From: a virus
Taxonomy: Duplodnaviria > Caudoviricetes
Direction: 5' to 3' (one strand)
IMG/VR virus record: IMGVR_UViG_3300032248_000182
Coordinates: 1-56,006 of that record
DNA length: 56,006 bases
Part shown: positions 46,301-54,100 of the stretch, one piece after another
How the letters are laid out: every line of letters begins with the position of its first letter
How positions within the stretch are numbered: position 1 is the first letter of the stretch
Notes under the pieces: generated by a model
What the model was told of the DNA's origin: nothing
What the model saw: only the letters and a program-made list of their open reading frames with translations
Database searches by the model: none
Program-made: the position numbers and the translations under genes

Positions 46301-48042
46301 GTATTTCCCGTATCATTGTTAGCACCCAATCCTCCTGTTAAAGACAGAGTTTGACCAACAGATAACGTACCTGGAAATTGAGCTAACGAACTGTTAACAT
46401 ACACGTTTCCTGGATTTATTGAAATTGAAGATGAATTTATCGTAACATTGCTGAAAACGTCGCCCGTAATCATAGAAGAGCTTTGTACTGCAGCAGGAGT
46501 AAGCTGAGTAGAAAGTGATGTGTTACCTATAGTCAATACGCTCGCGTTGGTAAAAAAAGCATTAGAAAGCGCATTAACAGAACCATCAGTATCTAATAAC
46601 GTATATACGCTAAGTCCAGTACCGTCGATAAATGTCTGTAGAATACTTCCGACGGTGTTAAATCTTGTTCCATTAGCAGAAATAATAACGTTAGAACCAC
46701 CATTACCCACATATATTGATGTCGGAGTAACTTGTATTTTTGAAGAAGCGTTGGCTACTGTAATGGTGATCGGGTTACTAAGAACAACGTTGCCGCTAGC
46801 AACTGCGGTGTTTGCTATACCAGCACTAAGAGTAATGTAAGATGGCGAAGTAATAGTTGTTGTACTTAAATCGTAAGATCTGGTAACTTGAGCCGTAGCA
46901 TTAAATGTATTGGCGGTGGCTCCTCCCCAAGCTTTATCGGCTGCTCCGTGTGTAGCAACAAATACTGTAAATGCTGTGCTATTAACGACGCTTATTACCG
47001 GGTATGTCGTAGAGGTAATCGCTGGAGAATATACACTGCCGGCGTTGTCTAGAAGAAGCTTACCTCCGGTGGGAGTAGTTACATTGGAAAACGTTATATA
47101 ATCGCCGGCAGAAAAAGTATGCGCCGCTGATGTTACGATCGTCGCAGAAATGGATGCGGTCGTTTTTGCGGTAACTGAAGCAGTTGAATATGAAGTAAGG
47201 TTTACTGTTTTATTGGTTGCAGTATTTAAGTAAGTGAAAGAGTTTGCTGTGGTAGTATTCGCTACAGTATATGTCCCATTAAATCTTGTGTCAGCCCCCC
47301 CTGTAACACCAGTAATAGTAAAGGTTTGCCCGTTAGTCAAAAGATTGTTTGCTAGTGTAGTAACAGTCGCGGTTCCGTTTGCTCTTAGGACTGTGCTTAT
47401 AGTTAATGCACCGGAAGCTTTTTGAGGAGAAAAACTAAAGGTAAGCGTATTTGATGTAGGTACAGAAACGAGTGTTTGGGTTGTATTAAAATACCCATTA
47501 ACGTTATTAACGAGAACCGTATATCCCGAAGTTAAAATGATCCCATGACTTACCGCAGTTTGAAGGGTAACAATACCGGCAGTACTCATAGAATAAGCAG
47601 AAACAGCTAAGTTAGATGTTCCTCCGGTTAAATTAAATTGTGCATTAGCAACCGAGTTTCCTACAAAAACTAACTGAGGATTTATTTGTGAATTGCTAAT
47701 TGAATTGCTAACAGTAATAATTGTCGTATTGACGACAGTGTTAACAGAAGAGTTACCTGCGAATAAAGTCGTCGCATTAATAGAAGCATTAACGGTGCTG
47801 TTACCTACACTAATACCGTTAGCGATAGTAACGTTGGTAGCAGAAATTGTAGTGGCGGTAATACTAGATTGAGTAGCACCAATGGTTATAAGACCGGTAC
47901 CATTTGAACTATAAAGAACACCATCAGTTAAATTTAACGCAAGTTCGCCTGCAGCAATATATTGACTGTTAGCTGAACTGGTAGTATTAGGCGTACGACC
48001 GGAAACGGTAGTTCTTTTTATCTGAAACGCATTGTTAGCCAT
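43387..48042 (-). CDS. Long tail fibre/virion structural protein
   Basis: N-terminal QIKR...P...AGELALN..DG.LY; HGI/HTFSAGD beta modules; GT.GQVLT.NG..VYW fibre motifs; C-terminal GTPVDGQRLMFRI domain. Confidence 0.75.
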   Translation of the reverse strand: MANNAFQIKRTTVSGRTPNTTSSANSQYIAAGELALNLTDGVLYSSNGTGLITIGATQSSITATTISATNVTIANGISVGNSTVNASINATTLFAGNSSVNTVVNTTIITVSNSISNSQINPQLVFVGNSVANAQFNLTGGTSNLAVSAYSMSTAGIVTLQTAVSHGIILTSGYTVLVNNVNGYFNTTQTLVSVPTSNTLTFSFSPQKASGALTISTVLRANGTATVTTLANNLLTNGQTFTITGVTGGADTRFNGTYTVANTTTANSFTYLNTATNKTVNLTSYSTASVTAKTTASISATIVTSAAHTFSAGDYITFSNVTTPTGGKLLLDNAGSVYSPAITSTTYPVISVVNSTAFTVFVATHGAADKAWGGATANTFNATAQVTRSYDLSTTTITSPSYITLSAGIANTAVASGNVVLSNPITITVANASSKIQVTPTSIYVGNGGSNVIISANGTRFNTVGSILQTFIDGTGLSVYTLLDTDGSVNALSNAFFTNASVLTIGNTSLSTQLTPAAVQSSSMITGDVFSNVTINSSSISINPGNVYVNSSLAQFPGTLSVGQTLSLTGGLGANNDTGNTNDILISSGNGAYWASNINPTLVTSNLVGSTANLSTSVNSALLTVGTGFIANSTALIHTGYANVTTSVNSALLKVGTNFIANTTGAYHTGTVNAASYTIGAAFTANSTLVNAAAINVTGRVNTATFFASTSANVGANLQLTTSSFSISNSTYNYNANALGGIFSTAAGANKFIANTDGWRIDGVGASFSSANSSYIGFWPSARWTYDSLSSESTLTMTNDYGNTSLTINGLTFYTFDGYGTPTGSYTNFGSGNFYNAVVSYYKDSGSGFTYNTSLGATQIAFGSPGYPNLAVMYIDTPSSPTGTYNTGQIDLFRYSATNVGNKDKGMSVVSDSITAYSYNAGGASSTIYVANGSGFYHTGTVNAASHTTTTTVSNTSGFYPTSNTLALGNTIGRWIITANTITANGLTVSGGTITSGNVNVTGYVNASANVVTPTLYGNVIATTLNASSNVITTNVYATLVSANLSAGYANITGQVNTVTFYATTSANVGGNVQITVSQFGITGNSTTAPTTSLTGSALTIGNSTITGAPSLNLANSTGNTTVNTTAIGTSWGLNSNSSGAYHTGTVNAASLTVGTSFIANTTGAYHTGTVNAASHTVGTTFTANATLVNAAAINVTGQVNTATLYAATSANVGTAVVANATGVYTTGTVNAASLTVGSGFIANTTVLNSNTDLNLTVNNKKLTFATVNASSNVYFIQQNDDNFVFYSTNTTYGSRAVWSIYANSITSNLSFSVRTSHSGGLTIPAGVTLLDSTGSQGTAGQVLTTNGSSNVYWSTVTSGSSTNAAAQYTWSNTQTFQANITFSNTILGTTVNAATFSVGSNFIANTTQITLSGVAVSANATTGTSGQVLSSNGTSVYWTTVGAPRVVSYANGTSITANVDSTDMATQINTAVAGTLTIGAPTGTPVDGQRLMFRIRCVNAQTLSWNAAFSGSTDLALPTTTSSGSKYDYVGFMYNSTQTKWNIVAKNFGF

Positions 48043-48057
48043 ATGGCTCCCTTAAAC

Positions 48058-48069
48058 GAGTATATACTC
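48058..48069. promoter_or_regulatory. Perfect 12-bp palindrome GAGTATATACTC in the tail-fibre gene leader
   Basis: Seen directly, 15 nt upstream of the ATG at 48042. Confidence 0.45.
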
Positions 48070-48078
48070 AGGGTAAAA

Positions 48079-48297
48079 TTAGAAGGAATTTTCTTCTGTC
48101 TTTTTCACCTTCGCTTGTTTTGTTTTTAGTGATTCTATATGCTGAAGCAGTTCTTCATTGCTTTGTTGCAACTCAATAGACCTTTTCGTTGCTAACTCTA
48201 GTTGAGTTTCTAGCATGATGTTCCTAGCTAAAAAATCATCTAGAGTAGTTTTCATTTTAGCAATATACGCATTAATAAATTCAGTACCCATGTCCAT
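48079..48297 (-). CDS. Small coiled-coil protein
   Basis: Heptad-like pattern; lies in the fibre operon. Confidence 0.65.
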   Translation of the reverse strand: MDMGTEFINAYIAKMKTTLDDFLARNIMLETQLELATKRSIELQQSNEELLQHIESLKTKQAKVKKTEENSF

Positions 48298-48306
48298 TAT
48301 AATCTC

Positions 48307-50088
48307 CTAGAAAGTTCCTCCATCAAGAGCGCCCCAAGCAGGCAAGTTGTTGGTTATCTGTAGAACCTGACCATTCGCTGCGGATCCGGGAATCGACAAT
48401 TTAGATAACGCAGTACCTGAGTTATAATACACAAGGTCGCCTGCAGCATATGTATTTAATCCGGTGCCGCCGGAGGTTGTTGCCAATGGTGTACTTAGGG
48501 TGAGGTTGTTAGCAGCGATATTAGCAACAACGCTAGAATTTGCGGTTATAATGATTGCGCTAGAGTTAACAATAAATCCGCCGCTAGTACCGTATGGGAC
48601 GAGATAGGATTGTAACGTACCAGTTACAGAGTTTGAAGACTGGTCGATAGTCGTCGCAGTATTAGGATTGGTGTTTGAACCAAAGACCCAAAAATACGGA
48701 TTGTTATTTGAAGACCTGGATGCTATACGAGCAATACCTGAATACCAGATATTGGTAGCATTACCTGCAGGAGAGAACCACCCCATATCAACTGTGTCGG
48801 TTGTTATGTTGTTGTAACCCAATTCGATAACGTTGTCGTTAACCACTAATGTTACAGTATTAACCGTAACAACAGAACCTGATACTACTAGGTTACCACC
48901 AACAGTCAAGCTGTTAGTAATGCTCATGTAGTTAGCTTGGACGTTGCCACCTGTGATAGTGGTATACGCTGTACTGTTACCGATACCTAATGAAGTAGCG
49001 CCCGTGGTTACACTGTTAACATAGAACCCATTCGTAGCAGCGCCGATACCACCATTAATGGCAATTACAGAGCTGTTATGAATTGCATTAACCGTAGCAT
49101 TGCCGATAAAGAGTTGTGCAGTGGTTAACTGTACGTTAGTGCCTACGTTAGCTGATGTGGTAGCGTATAGTGTTGCAGTGTTAACAGTTCCAGTAGTAAC
49201 AAAGTTTTGTGCGTTAACTAGACCCGTTGCATAAACCGTTCCAGTGTTTACTGTTCCTGTTGTTACGAAGTTAGCCGCATTTACTAATCCAGTGGCATAT
49301 ACGGTGGCAGAGTTAACAGTTCCTGTTGTTACGAAGTTAGCCGCATTTACTAATCCAGTGGCATAAACCGTAGCAGTATTAACAGTTCCTGTTGTTACAA
49401 AGTTAGCAGCATTTACCAGACCCGTAGCATAGACCGTAGCAGAGTTAACTGTGCCCGTAGTGGTGAAGTTTTGTGCGTTAACGATACCGGATGAATAAAC
49501 AGCAGCAGCATTGACAGATCCTGTAGTGGTAAGACCGTTAGCGTATACAGTGGTTGTCGTAGCTCCTCCAGTGCCGTTCGCTACTGTTATAAGAGCAGAA
49601 GCGGTATTAGACTGGACTACTAAGTTGGCGGCTGTAGCAATACTAGAATTGCCGACCTGAACTACAGAACCGAAAGATATCGTATTAGAGAAAGACTGAG
49701 TATTTGTCCAAGCATACTGAGAGTTTATATTGACGGATAAAGAACCTACGCTACCCCAATATGCGTTGGTTGTAGAACCGCCAGAGAATAAAACATATCC
49801 GTTTGTTCCCGGATCACCGTTGGCAGTTAGGTAATTTAGAATATCGACGTTTGCCGCTACAACTCGATTTATACCAGAAGTAGCGTTGGCTACTAGAGCT
49901 TGGTTAGCGGTTAATGTTCCAGGATAGCGTACGCCACCAATAGGAACGACGGTGCCGCCATCAGTCGATCCGATATAGAGTACACCAGCGCCGCCTGTAG
50001 CGTTTGAATATGCTAGTTCGCCTGCATTTAATGAAGCTGGTGCGGCAGTGGCAGCACTACGTTTAATTTGAATGGTATTGTTTGCCAT
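48307..50088 (-). CDS. Tail fibre/virion structural protein with 22-aa repeats
   Basis: QIKRS...L.AGELAYS N-terminus; GLVNAANFVTTGTVNxATVYAT repeats; VNDNVIELG; GGTG..Y..GD; C-terminal DGGTF. Confidence 0.75.
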   Translation of the reverse strand: MANNTIQIKRSAATAAPASLNAGELAYSNATGGAGVLYIGSTDGGTVVPIGGVRYPGTLTANQALVANATSGINRVVAANVDILNYLTANGDPGTNGYVLFSGGSTTNAYWGSVGSLSVNINSQYAWTNTQSFSNTISFGSVVQVGNSSIATAANLVVQSNTASALITVANGTGGATTTTVYANGLTTTGSVNAAAVYSSGIVNAQNFTTTGTVNSATVYATGLVNAANFVTTGTVNTATVYATGLVNAANFVTTGTVNSATVYATGLVNAANFVTTGTVNTGTVYATGLVNAQNFVTTGTVNTATLYATTSANVGTNVQLTTAQLFIGNATVNAIHNSSVIAINGGIGAATNGFYVNSVTTGATSLGIGNSTAYTTITGGNVQANYMSITNSLTVGGNLVVSGSVVTVNTVTLVVNDNVIELGYNNITTDTVDMGWFSPAGNATNIWYSGIARIASRSSNNNPYFWVFGSNTNPNTATTIDQSSNSVTGTLQSYLVPYGTSGGFIVNSSAIIITANSSVVANIAANNLTLSTPLATTSGGTGLNTYAAGDLVYYNSGTALSKLSIPGSAANGQVLQITNNLPAWGALDGGTF

Positions 50089-50107
50089 CTTCTATTTCCT
50101 TATTGAT

Positions 50108-50473
50108 TTAAAATGTTCCGCCGTCGACGTTTAAAACTAAATCTGAACCGTTAATAGGTCGAACATCATATTTGCCAGTTGTTGCGTTATAAACTAACGA
50201 CGCTCCATCTTCTAAATCAGTAATTACAACCCCAGGTATATCCGTTATAGAGTTAATGTCTTTTATTTGATTCTTAAGAGTTACTCCTTGAGCACTCGAC
50301 CCTAGTATACCACCAAAATTATTAACCTTAACTGTTTGCGTAGATACAGGAGTTACTATAGTATTATACGAAACTCCTACGGTGTTTTGACTCACCGACA
50401 TAGATCTAGCGTTAAATATAGTAACGTTAGAGCCAACAATACCAGGTGGTGTAACTTGTACTGTTGTAGACAC
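50108..50473 (-). CDS. Small fibre-associated structural protein
   Basis: DGASLVYNATTGKY motif; C-terminal DGGTF; GTG start. Confidence 0.65.
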   Translation of the reverse strand: MSTTVQVTPPGIVGSNVTIFNARSMSVSQNTVGVSYNTIVTPVSTQTVKVNNFGGILGSSAQGVTLKNQIKDINSITDIPGVVITDLEDGASLVYNATTGKYDVRPINGSDLVLNVDGGTF

Positions 50474-50481
50474 CGTATTTC

Positions 50482-50811
50482 CTAAGGATACGTTACTGCG
50501 GGTGTTACGGTAATAATACCTTCCAATACTCTAGAAATTGTGTTTCCTAACGTTAAATTAACATCATATACGTATCTGCCATAAACCATATTCGCTGTTT
50601 GATCAGACGACAAAGAAAGCGTAACCTGCCCTGTGGTATTAGCCAACCCAACGGCAAACGGTATAGAAGAGGTCGAGGTGTACCACTTCTTAATTAAGCT
50701 TGCGCCGGTATAACCAGACAGATCTACTGGATTACCATTCTCGTCAGTCAGGGTAATGGTTGTAGTAAACGATGCACCCTGATCTATAACTAAGTTGGCT
50801 TTCGATGACAT
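50482..50811 (-). CDS. Small Ig-like structural/adaptor protein
   Basis: NLVIDQGASF, DLSGYT, GRYVYDV, RVLEGIITVTP. Confidence 0.7.
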   Translation of the reverse strand: MSSKANLVIDQGASFTTTITLTDENGNPVDLSGYTGASLIKKWYTSTSSIPFAVGLANTTGQVTLSLSSDQTANMVYGRYVYDVNLTLGNTISRVLEGIITVTPAVTYP

Positions 50812-50812
50812 T

Positions 50813-51121
50813 TTATTCTACCAATACTTTTATACTATTTTTTTCTTCAAAATAACTTGCGTATGCGTTATCTACTATGTTTTTCATATTTATATATTCT
50901 TGAGTGTTTTCAACCCATTCAATTACTTGAGCTTGAGTCAATTCATTAAAGGGTATAAAATTATCATAATCTGGTGATAATAACTCTATATCTTTTCCCA
51001 CAGAAAAGTTGGCATCTTCATCCGTTCGCACTAATACTACATAAACAGATTCACAGATATCTGCATAATTTTCTTCTTGTTTTACTTTGATACGTTCTAT
51101 ATACGAAGAATAAGTTGTCAT
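50813..51121 (-). CDS. Hypothetical tail-fibre-associated protein
   Basis: NFIPFNELTQAQVIEWV motif; directly downstream of a fibre gene; contains TATAAATA at 50887-50894. Confidence 0.6.
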   Translation of the reverse strand: MTTYSSYIERIKVKQEENYADICESVYVVLVRTDEDANFSVGKDIELLSPDYDNFIPFNELTQAQVIEWVENTQEYINMKNIVDNAYASYFEEKNSIKVLVE

Positions 51122-51122
51122 G

Positions 51123-54100
51123 TTATGTCCCTATTGCTGACCAGTATAGTAACGTGTTTGTGGCATTAGCCGTTTTAACCGTAATAGCGCTAGTGCTGAT
51201 TGCTGTTATCTGAGCACTGAATGTTGAGCTGTATGTGCTATTTACAGCAGATACTTGCGCACTATACAGCGCCGTAAAGGTTGTTGGAAAATTTACTGAA
51301 GCTGTGGTTGAATTTGCGAGGAAATTACCCCACTGCATTAAAAGACCATTCGGTAATCTCGAGTACCCATTTGCTGATATACTTGAAGTACCTAACGTTA
51401 ATGTATTAGAACCAACGTTAGCCGAAGTCGCAGCGTAGAATGTCGCGGTATTAACTTGACCAGTTATGTTTATTGCTGCTGCATTAATCAACGAATTATT
51501 AACCGTTGTAGCACCAATCGTCAACGTTGAAGGCGATAAGTTTGCCGTAGATGATGAATTTGATACTCCTAACAATCCCGCAATTGTAACGCTACCAGCT
51601 GATAAATTGTTTATCAAATATTGGCTTATGGTGGTTGCGGATTGATTAGTTACATAAACAAATCTACCAGTAGAATCTGAAGTTATACCGACTGGTCCAA
51701 TACCAGTTGCTATAGCTGTAGTAATACTTGACAATAAGCCAGTAGATTGATTGATACTTAGTATACTAACAGTTTGATCGGTGTTATTAGTTACATAAAC
51801 GAATCTACCAGTAGGATCTACCGTTATTTCTCTAGGGCTGTTCCCCACCGAAAACGTACCCAAACTTGTTAAATTTCCAGTATTTTGATCTATACTGTAA
51901 ACACTTATATTATTATCAGTCGAATTAGCGACATAAACAAATCTACCAGTAGGATCTACTGCTACTCCGTTCGGACTGACGCCAGTTGATATAGCGGAAG
52001 CGATACTTGTTAATACGCCGGTAGATTGATTGATACTCAGCATACTAAGTGTACCAGCGATGTTATTAGTTACATAAATAAATCGACCGGTGGGGTCTGC
52101 AGCTATATATCGAGGACTGCTTCCTACTGTTACCGTAGCAGGTGATAATGCAGTTAATGCGCCTGTGCTTTGATTAATGCTATACATACTAACGTTTAGC
52201 ACGCTAGCGTTACACACATAAACAAATCTACCAGTAGGATCTACTGCTACCCCTCTTGGGCTAGTGCTCGTCGCTATAGCAGTGGTTATGCTTGTTAATA
52301 CGCCCGTAGATTGATCAATACTGAACATAGAAAGAGTATTATCACCACCGTTAGTTACATAAACAAATCTACCGGTAGGATCTACTGCTATATAACCAGG
52401 AGTAGCTCCAGTCGCTACTGTAGCAGGCGATAATGCAGTTAATGCGCCTGTGCTTTGATTAATGCTATATTGACTTACTGACCCTGAAAAAGTTTGATTT
52501 ACGGCATAAACAAATCTGCCGGTGGGGTCTGCTGCTATACCTAGCGGAGTAGTAGCAGCAGCGATTGCAGCAGCCAAAGAGGTAAGAACACCAGTTCCTT
52601 TATTGATAATTGGAGTGGGTGCTACAACTTTTAGTGCTTTAACAAAGTTATTTGAAATAAACCCAGTTGTAGCAAACGCTGTTGCAGTATTAACTGTACC
52701 AGTGGTTACAAAGTTGGCAGCATTAACAAGACCAGTAGCATAAACCGTTCCAGTATTAACTGTACCAGTGGTTACAAAGTTGGCAGCATTTACTAACCCT
52801 GTAGCATAAACCGTTCCAGTATTAACTGTACCAGTAGTTACAAAGTTAGCAGCATTTACTAACCCTGTAGCATATACGGTAGCGCTATTAACTGTACCAG
52901 TGGTTACAAAGTTGGCGGCATTCACAAGACCCGTGGCATATATTGCAGCTGTATTAAGATTTCCACCTGTTACAGTAATACTGTTTGCACTAATAATCCA
53001 AAGACCTGTAGAATTACCTAAAGAAAGAGTATTAGTTGTTGGAAAAAATCCAGAAGTATTAGATACTGTGGTAGTGGTGGTATGACTAGCAGCATTAACC
53101 GTTCCGGTGTGATAAGCGCCGAGCGTGTTAGCAATGAAGCTAGTTCCCACAGTATGCGAAGCAGCGTTAACAAGACCTGTATGATAAGCACCGAGCGTGT
53201 TAGCGATGAAACTAGTGCCAACCGTCAATAGTGCAGAGTTAACGCTTGTAGAAAGGTTAGCAGTTGAACCGATAACATTTCCGTAAAATGTTGTTGTGCT
53301 GATAGTAGTAGCATTAACAACAGAAGAACCTGTACTATTTGCTACGGTAACTTGAGGAGCATTAGTTAATAATCCGCCACCTACCGTTAATGCAGACGTT
53401 GTTAATTGAACATTAGCGCCGACATTAGCTGAAGTGGTAGCATATAAAGTAGCAGTATTAACTGTACCAGTAGTTACAAAGTTAGCAGCGTTAACAAGAC
53501 CTGTAGCGTAGACGGTAGCCGTATTAACTGTACCAGTGGTTACAAAGTTAGCAGCATTTACTAATCCAGTAGCATATACGGTAGCGCTATTAACTGTACC
53601 AGTAGTTACAAAGTTAGCAGCATTAACAAGACCAGTAGCATAAACCGTTCCAGTATTAACTGTACCAGTGGTTAAAAAACTGGTAGCATTTACTGTAGTA
53701 GCGTATACATTTACCGTAACAACATTTCCGGTATATATCGTATTCCAATAATTGACTGTGTTACCTAAAGTATAGGTTACGTTAGTCGAAGGAATATAGT
53801 TACCTGTTCCTACAGTTGTTCCTGAAGAAACCGTTGTTCCAGTAACATATAAATTACCAACAACGGTTAAATTATTGCCTACCCAAGCATTTGCTGTAAC
53901 ATTAATAGAATTAACGTTAGCAAGACCAGTACTATTAAGCGTACCGGTATTAACAGTACCAGTAGTTACAAAGTTAGCAGCATTTACAAGACCAGTAGAA
54001 TAGACAGCGGCTGCGTTAACAGAACCTGTTGTCGTAATACCGTTGGCAAATATGCTAGTGTTAGTTGTCGATGATGTACCATTAGCAACAACAATAGAGA

